This document shows positions 49,112-58,604 of a stretch of 64,000 bases of DNA, in pieces. The position numbers were made by a program, and so were the translations under genes. The stretch's first letter is position 1. The number at the start of each line of letters is the position of its first letter. This DNA comes from Roseibacillus sp. (GTDB lineage: Bacteria; Verrucomicrobiota; Verrucomicrobiia; Verrucomicrobiales; Akkermansiaceae), in assembly GCA_965242925.1 (NCBI GenBank), contig CBDEUM010000012.1, positions 96,001 through 160,000 on the forward strand, in the 5' to 3' direction. The notes under the pieces are model-generated. The model was not told where the DNA came from. It did no database searches and saw only the letters and a list, made by a program, of their open reading frames with translations.

Positions 49112-49999
49112 TCAACCGGCAAAGGCACTCACAGGCAGTCCCCGGGCACCCACTGCGGGAAACACGAACAAGCGTCCCGCCTCTTCCTCGATCTCCTCAT
49201 GAGGTTGTCCCGTGGTCAGGTATAGATCGCTCAGGTCCTCGCCCCCAAAGGCCGGCGCGGTCACTTCGCGACAGGGCAGGATGAGACGCTCAAGCTCCTT
49301 GCCCTCCTGATCAAAACACACCACGCAACCTCCATGGCAAAAGGCGATCCACAGATGACCATCGGAATCAATTGCCATGCCATCCGGAACACCGGGCACC
49401 CGTTCACAGGTTGAAAATGCCTCACGCCTGTTGTGCAGTTGGCCCGTATCCACATCATAGTCGAATGCCAGAACGGCGAGACGCGGCGTGTCGATATAGA
49501 ACATGGTATCTCCATTCCCGGTCCACACCACCCCGTTTGAATTAGTCACCCCCCCGAAAACTTTTCTGACCTGCCGATCGGGATCGAGTCGATAAAATGC
49601 AGCATCGCCCTGCTTTCTCGCCAGACTGATCGACCCCGCAAAGAAACGTCCATCGGGTGAACATTTTCCGTCATTGAACCGGTTCCCGGGCTTGTCAGCT
49701 TCAGGATCCGCCACCGGAGTCAGGAGGCCACTCCCCGGATCAAGAAAGGCGAAACCTGAGTCTCCCGCCACCACGAGTCCCCCGCTCCGGCGAGGGACAA
49801 CCGTTCCGACCCTTTCACCAGTTTCCCACAATCTCTCCTCCCCCGAATGTGGGTCAAAAGCGAGCACCCTGCATCCTTCAATATCAACGTAATAAAGGCA
49901 TCCCTGCCACCAGAGTGGGCCCTCGCCCCACTGTGCACGGTATTTGCCGACAACTTCCGCAATCACATCGTAGGGAGCCGTAAAAGCGCCGGGCTCCAC
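49112..49999 (-). CDS. SMP-30/gluconolactonase/LRE family protein
   Basis: 'GEGPLW', 'RFNDGKCSPDGRF', 'SNG', 'PDGMAIDSDGHLW', 'AFGG..L..LYLT'. Start uncertain (up to 50065). Confidence 0.92.
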   Translation of the reverse strand: MEPGAFTAPYDVIAEVVGKYRAQWGEGPLWWQGCLYYVDIEGCRVLAFDPHSGEERLWETGERVGTVVPRRSGGLVVAGDSGFAFLDPGSGLLTPVADPEADKPGNRFNDGKCSPDGRFFAGSISLARKQGDAAFYRLDPDRQVRKVFGGVTNSNGVVWTGNGDTMFYIDTPRLAVLAFDYDVDTGQLHNRREAFSTCERVPGVPDGMAIDSDGHLWIAFCHGGCVVCFDQEGKELERLILPCREVTAPAFGGEDLSDLYLTTGQPHEEIEEEAGRLFVFPAVGARGLPVSAFAG

Positions 50000-50110
50000 T
50001 GTCGAGAAGCTTTCTAATTGCGAGAGTCTCCCTTTGCAGCCAATCTTATTCCCAAAGACCCGCAAACCCGGCCGATTACGGCATGTATTCTCCAGCGGTC
50101 ACCCCCGTCG

Positions 50111-51112
50111 ATGAGTTTCGTTTCCCGATCCTTCCGTAAATCCCTTCTGCTTCTCCTGGGCGGACTGCTGTTCCCTGCACTAACAGCCTCTGCTGCTGGC
50201 TGGGAAACGGTGCGGCATGACGGCCGCGACTACGTCACTGTCCGCAGCATCAGGAAGTTCTACAATTTCCAGTCCATGAAGGTGACCGGCTCGTTCCTTG
50301 AACTTGAAAACCGGGCAGTCAAGATCAAGTTCACCATTGGAGGACAGGAAGTCTTCATGAACAACGTGAAGTTCGTGTTCAGCTTCAAGGTTCTGCCTCT
50401 TCAGGGACGCTATCTCGTCTCCCGTATCGATCTGGGCAAGTTGGTCGATCCTGTCCTGCGCCCTTCCTACATCCAGACTTCCAATCCCTTCGACACCGTC
50501 ATCATCGATCCCGGTCACGGCGGCAACGACCCGGGAGCAGTCAATCGCCACGGAAAGGAAGCCAATTACAATCTTGCCGTCGGCCGCATCCTGAAACAAC
50601 AACTCGAGGCCCGCGGCTTCAAGGTAATCATGACCCGGAACTCCGACCGCTTCCTTTCCCTCACGGAACGTGTCGATCTCGCCAACCGCTTCCAGAATGC
50701 GATCTTCATCAGCATCCATTTCAATTCCGGTGGCCGTGGACGTGCCCAGGGCATCGAAACCTTTACTCTCTCTCCTGCCGGAGTGGCCCACTATGGACGC
50801 GGTCTTCGCAAGGATGACTTCCAACTCCGCAATGGAAACACTCAGGATTCCGCCAATATTGCTCTGGCTACCGCCGTGCACAGCACCTGCCTTCTCAAGA
50901 CCGGACGACCCGATCGAGGAATCCGGCGGGCCCGCTTCAGTGTTCTCACCGGGGTCAGGCATCCAGCTATCCTCCTGGAAGGCGGCTTCATGAGCCACTC
51001 CTACGAGGCCCGCCTCATAGCCAATGCAACCTATCAGCGCACAATCGCCGGCGCCATCACGGATGCGGTCATGAAATACCGGCTCGCCACCATGCGCCGG
51101 CCACAACGGTAG
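50111..51112 (+). CDS. N-acetylmuramoyl-L-alanine amidase (Amidase_3)
   Basis: 'IDPGHGG.DPGA', 'E..YNL', 'FISIHFN', 'AILLEGGF'; signal peptide. Confidence 0.94.
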   Translation: MSFVSRSFRKSLLLLLGGLLFPALTASAAGWETVRHDGRDYVTVRSIRKFYNFQSMKVTGSFLELENRAVKIKFTIGGQEVFMNNVKFVFSFKVLPLQGRYLVSRIDLGKLVDPVLRPSYIQTSNPFDTVIIDPGHGGNDPGAVNRHGKEANYNLAVGRILKQQLEARGFKVIMTRNSDRFLSLTERVDLANRFQNAIFISIHFNSGGRGRAQGIETFTLSPAGVAHYGRGLRKDDFQLRNGNTQDSANIALATAVHSTCLLKTGRPDRGIRRARFSVLTGVRHPAILLEGGFMSHSYEARLIANATYQRTIAGAITDAVMKYRLATMRRPQR

Positions 51113-51363
51113 GACATATTGCGGATTGCGAGCTAGCTCGCAGCTGGGAGGTCTCGCGGTGCAGGCACGGTGTGGCTGAATATCCCACCCGCCCTGCAGA
51201 GAATGGATCCGCTGCTTCGTGAAGCACTACTTCATCACGAAACGCACCAACCGATTCGATCCTCCATGTGGACTTGAGATCGAACTGTGTTTTCACCCGG
51301 AAGTGCTATGCTTCCGCAATTTCGGAATCGACGGATCAGATTCCAGCACATGCAATCTGTGGG

Positions 51364-51738
51364 ATGGAAAACAGACCGACTCCCTCGCCACCAGGGACGC
51401 TCATTCTTCGTCACGAGCATGACGCCCCCCGGGAACGGAGCGCCTGCGGATACCGCTATCGACTCATCAGCAAGGAAGATCAGAATGTTGCTGCGTGGGC
51501 TCATGCCGTGGATATCGATGGCGCCAAACCGCACTACCATAAGCGTACCACCGAACTCTATTACGTCCTGGAGGGGGAAGGCTCCTTGATTCTTGATGGG
51601 GAGGAACACGCGGTTCACCCTGGCACCATGATTCATATCCCTCCCGGTGTCCTTCACGGTGCAGTGGGGAAAATGCGCGTCCTGGTAGTGGGCATTCCTG
51701 ACATTGATGATTCCGATGTATTCTATCCAGACTCCTAG
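51364..51738 (+). CDS. Cupin domain protein
   Basis: 'PHYHKRTTELYYVLEGEG', 'IPPGVLH'; 3-nt gap to the next gene. Confidence 0.9.
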   Translation: MENRPTPSPPGTLILRHEHDAPRERSACGYRYRLISKEDQNVAAWAHAVDIDGAKPHYHKRTTELYYVLEGEGSLILDGEEHAVHPGTMIHIPPGVLHGAVGKMRVLVVGIPDIDDSDVFYPDS

Positions 51739-51741
51739 CTC

Positions 51742-54700
51742 ATGAAACCGATTCGCCTCATTCTCTCCACCACTCTGACTGCCCTCGTCATCTCCTTGCC
51801 CGGTTTCGCCGAAGTCGACAGGAATGCACTCCCTGAAGTCGAGGAGGGGTTCGGGATCAATTTCTTTGTCAAGGAGCCCCATATCATCAACCCTTCCTCT
51901 CTGTGCTTTGACAAGCGCGGACGCCTTTACGTTGGAGCCGGCCCCCAGTACCGGCATCCAAAACCGGACTCGCCCACAGATTACATCAAGATTCTGATCG
52001 ACGCGGACGGGGACGGCGTCGCCGAGACGGTGAAGACTTTCGCCGAGGGGCTGAACTGCGTGCAGTCGATGGCCTGGAAGGGCGATGAGCTTTGGGTCGC
52101 CAACGCTCCCGAGCTCACGGTGTTGCGTGATACCGACGGGGACGACGTCGCCGACGAGTACCAGATCATCTACACCGGCCTCAACAACCTGCGCCACAGT
52201 GTGCACGGCCTGAACTGGGGACCCGACGGCTGGCTCTACTTCACCATGGGCAACACCTGGGTGAAGCCGAACGCGCCAAAGCCGATCCGTGACCTGCAGG
52301 GCATCAAGTCGGACGACAAGACGGATTACCCGCTGACGGAGGTCTACACCAGGGACACCTACCCGAAAAGCTACCACCCCATGAACAAGGACGAGAAGGA
52401 GGGCGGGGTGTTCCGCTGCCGGCCCGGCGGGCACGACCTTGAGCTTTACGCCCGCGGTATGCGCAACCCGTGGGACATGTGCATGGACAGCGGTTTCAAC
52501 TGGCTCGCAACCGACAACGACCCCGGCGCACCGGGCGAGCGCATCTTCATGCCGATCCGCCACGGTCACTACTCGATGCGCCACCAATGGAAGTTCGACT
52601 GGATGGGAAAGCACATCGCGGTCGCGCCGTCCTCCGATCTGTTCCCGAGCGTGAGCGGCTCCGGGACGGGTGTCGCCTTTTACACCTCCGAGCACTTCCC
52701 GGAGAAGTATCGCGATCATCACCTGATCGCCGATTGGACGAACAACTGCATCTTCCTCTACAACCCGAAGTGGGACGGTGCGTTACAGGTGCCCGCTGAG
52801 AAGAAGTGGAAAATCGTCGATGGAGGGGCGACGCAGGGCGGCGATCTCGGTTACAAGGGCGCGAAAGGGCGCGCTCTATTCAGGCCGACAGATATCGAGA
52901 TCGGCCCCGACGGTGCTCTCTACATTGCCGGCTGGGGATCCGTTTACGGCACCGAGTATGTCCCCAAGGACAAATGGACGCCCGAGGAGAACGCGAAGTA
53001 TCAAGGGCGGGTGTTCCGGCTGATTCACAAAGAGTCACTGCTCATCCCACGGGCAAAGTGGAATACCGCGAAGCGGGAAAAGGATATCAAGGCTTGGAGC
53101 TTCGAGGAGCTGTTGGAGGATCTCGGTTCGGACGTCCACGTCTGGCGGGTGCACGGGCAGGACGAGCTCGTTCGCCGCGGCGATGCGGCGTGGAACGATC
53201 TCGTGGGTGCGATCCAGTCCGGCGAGCTCAGCGAAACGCAGGCCACTTGGGCGATCTGGGCGATCGGCCACATCGACAAGGCGCTTGGCCATGGCCACGG
53301 GCAGATGGAGAAATTCGCCTGCGACGACTGGCTGACCTTGAAGGAGGCCTTGGATGCCACGCTCGAGCGCTACAAGCTCAACATCCGCATCCAGGCGACA
53401 CGCATCCTCGGCGAGAACGGGGTAGCTTCCGCGGCTCCGCTGCTGGTGAAGTTGCTCGAAGATAGCGAGCCCCGCGTCAGGGCAGCGGCGATGCAGTCGC
53501 TCGACCGCATCGGCTGGAGAGATCACAGCGAAGCGATCCTCGATGCGGTCGCCTACGAGAGGGATCGCGTGGCCTACTACACCAGCTGGCAGGTCATGCG
53601 GCGTCAGTTGCCGGAGGAGCAGAGGCGCAAGTTACTCGCTGACGAGCGTTTCGGGATCCGCCGAATGGCTGCCCTCGGCCTGATGGAGGAGGGGGATCGC
53701 GATTTGCAACGTCGTGCACCCGAGTTCTTGGATGATTCCGGTGCCGCTCCGAAAGGGGGACTGATCACGCTCAAAATCTCGGCGGAGAAACGCAATTTCC
53801 GCGATTCGACAATCGTTCGCTTCGAGGCAAAATCGCCGTTCCAAGTCCACTTCACTTTGGACGGGTTGGAGCCGAATCACAAATCGGCGAAGGCGGGGAA
53901 GAAAATTACGGTCGAGGAAGGCGCCACGATCAAGGCCGCAGCCTTCGAGGGCGAGCGGAGAGTTTCGGGTATCGAATCGCTAACCGTGCACAAGATCTCG
54001 GATTCTGAGTGGGAGAACCGCCTGTTCGTAAACGCCATCGGCGGCGAAGGGGCGGCCAATTCCTACCGGGCGGAACTCGGTGGCTTGCAGCGCGGGGTCT
54101 TGGTATACTCCGACCGAACCTACACCTTCACTGAGATCCCCGAAGCTCTCGCTGGAGCCACCTACATCCGCACCCACAACGACGACAAGGCGGGCCGCGA
54201 CCAATCGTTCCTGCGCTTCGAGATTAATCTGCCTGCGACGCTCTACCTTGCGTATGACGGCCGCACCACCCCACCGAAGCCTCTGATCGAGGGTATGGAG
54301 AAAACCGACATGGTGGTGCGCATGAGCAACGGCGAAAAATTCCCCGTCTATCGCCGCTCGCTGGAGGCCGGTGAGGTGGTGCTCGGCGGCAACAAGGTTG
54401 GCGGTAGGGGCGGTGAATCGATGTATCAGGTGTTTCTCACTAAAGCCGGCAACTCGAAAACCGAGGTGGCCGCGGCAGTTGCTATGCTCCCAAAGGCAAA
54501 TTTAAAGCACGGCGAAGAGATTTTCTTCGGACGGGGCACCTGCTTCGCCTGTCACCATGTTCACGGCAAAGGTGTGGTGCTGGGACCGGACCTTGTTGGA
54601 ATCCACAAACGACAGGACCTTAACTACGTTATCAAGTCCATCCTTGAACCGGATGCCTACATTGTGGAGGGCTTCCAGCAGACCAGTCTCAGGTTGAAGG

Positions 54701-54909
54701 ACGGTCGTGAACTTTTCGGCATGATTCAGGAAGAGACGGCCCAGATCGTGAAGATCTACCTTCCCACCGGCGAACGTGTGGTGGTGCAACCCAGGGAGAT
54801 CGTGAAACGTTCCGACGCCAAGCACTCGGGCATGCCCTCCAGTTTCACCTATACTCTGAGTCCGCAGGATGTTGCCGACCTCTCGGTCTGGATCATGTCA
54901 CTCAAGTAG
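51742..54909 (+). CDS. PVC-type heme-binding CxxCH protein (dehydrogenase-like propeller, HEAT repeats, inserted Fn3/CBM-like domains, cytochrome c)
   Basis: 'FVKEP.I.NP', 'DTDGDDVAD', 'WGPDGWLY', 'GMRNPW', 'RPTDIEIGPDGALY'; HEAT 'LLEDSEPRVRAAA'; 'CFACH...GPDL...SILEP...SGMP'. Confidence 0.9.
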   Translation: MKPIRLILSTTLTALVISLPGFAEVDRNALPEVEEGFGINFFVKEPHIINPSSLCFDKRGRLYVGAGPQYRHPKPDSPTDYIKILIDADGDGVAETVKTFAEGLNCVQSMAWKGDELWVANAPELTVLRDTDGDDVADEYQIIYTGLNNLRHSVHGLNWGPDGWLYFTMGNTWVKPNAPKPIRDLQGIKSDDKTDYPLTEVYTRDTYPKSYHPMNKDEKEGGVFRCRPGGHDLELYARGMRNPWDMCMDSGFNWLATDNDPGAPGERIFMPIRHGHYSMRHQWKFDWMGKHIAVAPSSDLFPSVSGSGTGVAFYTSEHFPEKYRDHHLIADWTNNCIFLYNPKWDGALQVPAEKKWKIVDGGATQGGDLGYKGAKGRALFRPTDIEIGPDGALYIAGWGSVYGTEYVPKDKWTPEENAKYQGRVFRLIHKESLLIPRAKWNTAKREKDIKAWSFEELLEDLGSDVHVWRVHGQDELVRRGDAAWNDLVGAIQSGELSETQATWAIWAIGHIDKALGHGHGQMEKFACDDWLTLKEALDATLERYKLNIRIQATRILGENGVASAAPLLVKLLEDSEPRVRAAAMQSLDRIGWRDHSEAILDAVAYERDRVAYYTSWQVMRRQLPEEQRRKLLADERFGIRRMAALGLMEEGDRDLQRRAPEFLDDSGAAPKGGLITLKISAEKRNFRDSTIVRFEAKSPFQVHFTLDGLEPNHKSAKAGKKITVEEGATIKAAAFEGERRVSGIESLTVHKISDSEWENRLFVNAIGGEGAANSYRAELGGLQRGVLVYSDRTYTFTEIPEALAGATYIRTHNDDKAGRDQSFLRFEINLPATLYLAYDGRTTPPKPLIEGMEKTDMVVRMSNGEKFPVYRRSLEAGEVVLGGNKVGGRGGESMYQVFLTKAGNSKTEVAAAVAMLPKANLKHGEEIFFGRGTCFACHHVHGKGVVLGPDLVGIHKRQDLNYVIKSILEPDAYIVEGFQQTSLRLKDGRELFGMIQEETAQIVKIYLPTGERVVVQPREIVKRSDAKHSGMPSSFTYTLSPQDVADLSVWIMSLK

Positions 54910-54993
54910 CCAGGTGGCGACATTTCTCAAGTTGCCTGAGCACACCTGCCCTGGATCACACGAGAGCAATACGGCAACTTCCAGTCCCTCGGG

Positions 54994-55794
54994 TTACAAT
55001 GTCACGCCCAGTTGCTCCGGCAGGGCGGTGCGGGGACGCGAGGTGAGGATCTCAGGATCACCGGTCGTCACCAGAACGGTGTGTTCGAAATGAGCCGATG
55101 ATTTCCGGTCAGCAGTCACCACCGTCCATCCGTCATCGAGCCAGTCCACCTCTCCCACCCCGGCATTCACCATCGGCTCAATGGCGAGAATCATGCCCGC
55201 TTTGAGCCGGGGAGAGCGCCCCTCGGGCCGGAAGTTGGGAACTTCGGGTTTTTCATGCAGGTTCCGCCCCACCCCGTGGCCCACCAATTTACGAACCACG
55301 GTGAAGCCATGACGGTTTACGTAGGCTTCCACACTCCCGCAGAGATCAGCCAGAAGAACCCCGTCCCGGGCATGATCGATGGCCTCATAAAGGCTCTGCT
55401 CCGTGGCAGCCAGCAGGCGGCGATCTTCCTGGGTGACCGGGCCGACAGGCACCGTGACCGCATTGTCACCGATCCATCCGTCCATCGTGACACCGATATC
55501 AATACTGATGAGATCTCCGGGCTGAATACGGCGGGCTCCTCCTATTCCGTGCACGACCTCCTCGTTGATTGAGATACAGATGTTGCCCGGAAAATTTCGA
55601 TAGCCCAGGAAGGTGGGAATTCCACCGCGCTCCGCTATCAACTCGGCGGCGTAGGCATCAACCTCGGCAGTGGTCCTCCCCGGCTCAATGAATCCGGCGG
55701 TGGCCTGAAGAACTTCACTGGCATTCTCTCCCGCGATCCGCATCTTGCGGATTTCAGTTTCGCTCTTGATCGGAATATTGATGCGTTTACCCAT
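54994..55794 (-). CDS. map: Methionine aminopeptidase type I
   Basis: 'CISINEEVVHG', 'DIG...DGWIGD', 'GHGVG..LHE', 'IEPM', 'HFEHT'; secY-adk-map synteny. Confidence 0.97.
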   Translation of the reverse strand: MGKRINIPIKSETEIRKMRIAGENASEVLQATAGFIEPGRTTAEVDAYAAELIAERGGIPTFLGYRNFPGNICISINEEVVHGIGGARRIQPGDLISIDIGVTMDGWIGDNAVTVPVGPVTQEDRRLLAATEQSLYEAIDHARDGVLLADLCGSVEAYVNRHGFTVVRKLVGHGVGRNLHEKPEVPNFRPEGRSPRLKAGMILAIEPMVNAGVGEVDWLDDGWTVVTADRKSSAHFEHTVLVTTGDPEILTSRPRTALPEQLGVTL

Positions 55795-55798
55795 GAGA

Positions 55799-56437
55799 TC
55801 AGGCGAGCTCAGACTGCACATTATGGAAGACTTCCTCCGGGGATCCGAGGCCCCAGACCCGGAGGAGCCGACCGGATTGTTCGTAATAAGCGGCTACAGG
55901 CAAGGTCAACTCTTCAAACGCCTTCAGGCGCCGGCGAAAGTTTTCCAGATCATCGTCGTGCCGTTGTCCCAGCGTGGCACCGCAGGACGGACAGACTCCT
56001 CCGGACACCTCGGCCTGGATCTTGGTCCCGGTCCAGGGACACGCCGTGCATTCCCGACGATCGATCACGCGGCGTTCCAGTTCCGCTACCGGCCCCTCCA
56101 GGAGAAGGGCCTTCAAATGTGCTCCCTCCCCCCCGAGAACCCGGTCGAGCTCCTCGGCCTGAGGCAGGGTGCGCGGAAAACCGTCAAGGACCCAGCCCCC
56201 CTTCTCTTTTTTTATCCATCCGATGACAAGGGCGAGCACCAGTTCGTCGGGCACGTATTGGCCGGCCGCCAGGTAGGGCTCAACCTCTTTGCCAAGCCGG
56301 GAAGCCGCCTTCATTTCCCGCCGGAGCTGCTTGCCGGTACTGAAATAGGAGAGATTCCTCTCCCTTGCGAGCAGTCGCCCCTGTGTTCCCTTTCCCGAAG
56401 CCGGAGGACCCAGCAGGACTATCGTAGCAGCATCCAC
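55799..56437 (-). CDS. adk: Adenylate kinase with Zn-type LID
   Basis: 'GPPASGKGTQ', 'LDGFPRT'; LID CTAC...CPSC. Confidence 0.94.
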   Translation of the reverse strand: MDAATIVLLGPPASGKGTQGRLLARERNLSYFSTGKQLRREMKAASRLGKEVEPYLAAGQYVPDELVLALVIGWIKKEKGGWVLDGFPRTLPQAEELDRVLGGEGAHLKALLLEGPVAELERRVIDRRECTACPWTGTKIQAEVSGGVCPSCGATLGQRHDDDLENFRRRLKAFEELTLPVAAYYEQSGRLLRVWGLGSPEEVFHNVQSELA

Positions 56438-56453
56438 CGGATCGGCAGCAAGA

Positions 56454-57947
56454 TCACTTGTTCATGATCCAGGCCACGATTGCGAGAAGAATCAAGGCGG
56501 CTGCAAAAGCCCATAGGTAGACCAATGCGGAACCGGAAGCAGTCGCTCCCGTTCCCTGCGTCCGTCCCCGCCCCCGGATCTTGCCCTTCCGCAGGAAGCC
56601 GTCGTAGTGACGCTGCAGGAGATGCGTCTCCGTCTGCCGGAGGATATCAAGCAAGACCCCTACCAGAATGAGGAGACTGGTGCCCCCAAAGAAGCTGGTT
56701 ACCACGAAATTCAGATCGAGGGTAATGGTCAGCAGCATGGGCAGGATGTAGACGAGCGTGAGGAAGAGAGCCCCCGCGAAGGTCAGCCGCGTCATGGTGA
56801 AGTCGAGAAACTCCGCCGTCGGCTTGCCGGGACGCACCCCGGGAACATATCCCCCACTCCGTTTCAGGTTCTCTGCAATCTCACTGGGCTGGAACATTGT
56901 TGCCACCCAGAAGTAACTGAAGAAGAAGATCATTCCCCCCGAAATGATGAAATATGAGATGCTCGGCGGATTGAGGGTTTCCGTCAGCCATGCTACCCAC
57001 TCCTTATCACCGAAGGCGGGAATGGAACTCAGCAGCATGGTGGGAAGTGAAAGGATCGCGCTAGCAAAGATGATGGGCATCACCCCGGAGTAATTCACCT
57101 TGAGCGGGAGATACTGTGTCTGCTGGCCCGTCAACTGTTTGCCACGCACCCGCTTGGCATACTGAATGGCGATACGGCGCTGGGCCTGCGTAATGGCAAT
57201 TACGCCCGCAATGATGACGAGGAGAAGGGCAAAGAGCCCAACCAGAATCATCGGCTTGAAGGGATTGGCCTCCGCATTCCGGACGTAGGTGTTGAACGCC
57301 TGGACCAGGGCTCCGGGCAGGGATGCGATGATGTTGACTGAGATGATGACCGAAATCCCGTTCCCGATTCCACGCTCGGTGATCTGGTCACCAATCCACA
57401 TCAACAGCATTGTTCCCGCCAGGATAGTGAGCACCGTGAGCATGACGAAAGGAATCCCTGGTTCAGGCACAAGGGGCCCTCCGCCATGCTGGACTATCCC
57501 CTCCATGTAAGGGATGTTCCCGGGACTCTGGAGGGTCTGGGCCAGCAGAAATCCCTGCACCACCGAAATGACAATGGTGATAAAGCGGGTGTACTGGTTG
57601 ATCTTCTGCTGCCCACCCTCTTCGCGGCGAAGTTTGGCCAGTTTCGGGACAACCGCTGACATCAGTTGCATCATGATGGATGCGGAGATGTAGGGCATGA
57701 TCCCCAAGGCAAAAATTGCACACTGCTGCAGGGCACCGCCGGAAAAAACATTCAGCAAAACCCCGATGGCGTTTCCGCCCTCATCGTTTTCCACGCGCCA
57801 TTCGAGCCAGCGATCGATCACACTCGCATCCACGCCTGGAAGGGTAATGGCCACGCCGAGGCGGACGATCACCACCATGATCAGGGTAAAGAGAATGCGG
57901 TCGCGCAGTTCGGCGACTTTCCAGATATTCGCAAAGGCCGTGATCAT
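56454..57947 (-). CDS. secY: Preprotein translocase SecY
   Basis: 'ALGIMPYISASIMMQL', 'GIGNGIS', 'GVMPIIFA', 'PGVRPG', 'GGTSLLI'. Confidence 0.98.
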   Translation of the reverse strand: MITAFANIWKVAELRDRILFTLIMVVIVRLGVAITLPGVDASVIDRWLEWRVENDEGGNAIGVLLNVFSGGALQQCAIFALGIMPYISASIMMQLMSAVVPKLAKLRREEGGQQKINQYTRFITIVISVVQGFLLAQTLQSPGNIPYMEGIVQHGGGPLVPEPGIPFVMLTVLTILAGTMLLMWIGDQITERGIGNGISVIISVNIIASLPGALVQAFNTYVRNAEANPFKPMILVGLFALLLVIIAGVIAITQAQRRIAIQYAKRVRGKQLTGQQTQYLPLKVNYSGVMPIIFASAILSLPTMLLSSIPAFGDKEWVAWLTETLNPPSISYFIISGGMIFFFSYFWVATMFQPSEIAENLKRSGGYVPGVRPGKPTAEFLDFTMTRLTFAGALFLTLVYILPMLLTITLDLNFVVTSFFGGTSLLILVGVLLDILRQTETHLLQRHYDGFLRKGKIRGRGRTQGTGATASGSALVYLWAFAAALILLAIVAWIMNK

Positions 57948-58024
57948 TTAATTACCGGTGGTGGCGAAGTTAGGTTACAGGCAGCGTACTGAAAATCGAA
58001 TGGATCTGCATGCCGTTGAGATAG

Positions 58025-58474
58025 TCAGGCACCCGATTCGACCGTTCCTCCGGCCTTCTCGATTTTTGCCCGCGCAGAAGCACTGACGGCATCCGTCACC
58101 ACCGTCAGTTTTCGCTCAAGATCTCCCTGACCGAGAATCTTGATGGCATCGCACCGACCGGAAACCAACCCTGCCTCGCGCAAGGTCTTCTCGTTGACCG
58201 TCGCACCATCCTCGAATTTCTGGTTGAGTTGGGAGACATTGACGATTGCGATCTTTTCGCGAAATTGCACATTGCTGAACCCCTTCTTGGGAAGACGGCG
58301 GTGCAGAGGCATCTGGCCTCCCTCGAAACCGGGACGCACTCCACCTCCCGATCGAGACTTTTGTCCCTTGTGGCCGCGACCGCAGGTCTTGCCCAGTCCG
58401 GAACTTTCACCATTACCAAGGCGCTTCCGACGATGCTTCGCACCGGGATTAGGTTTTAAGTCGTGAAGATTCAT
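58025..58474 (-). CDS. rplO: 50S ribosomal protein L15
   Basis: 'GKTCGRGHKGQKSRSG', 'FEGGQMPL.RRLPK.GF'. Confidence 0.97.
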   Translation of the reverse strand: MNLHDLKPNPGAKHRRKRLGNGESSGLGKTCGRGHKGQKSRSGGGVRPGFEGGQMPLHRRLPKKGFSNVQFREKIAIVNVSQLNQKFEDGATVNEKTLREAGLVSGRCDAIKILGQGDLERKLTVVTDAVSASARAKIEKAGGTVESGA

Positions 58475-58604
58475 GTTGTGTATGAGGGAGTGCTTGAGTG
58501 GCGGCAGTGAGCCCCTGGAGCCCGGTTTCATCGCTCCATTACCCCATTGCTCCAAGTCGGTTGAGTTTGATCTCCGGTGATTCTGAAAGGGCAGTGTTGC
58601 GCGA

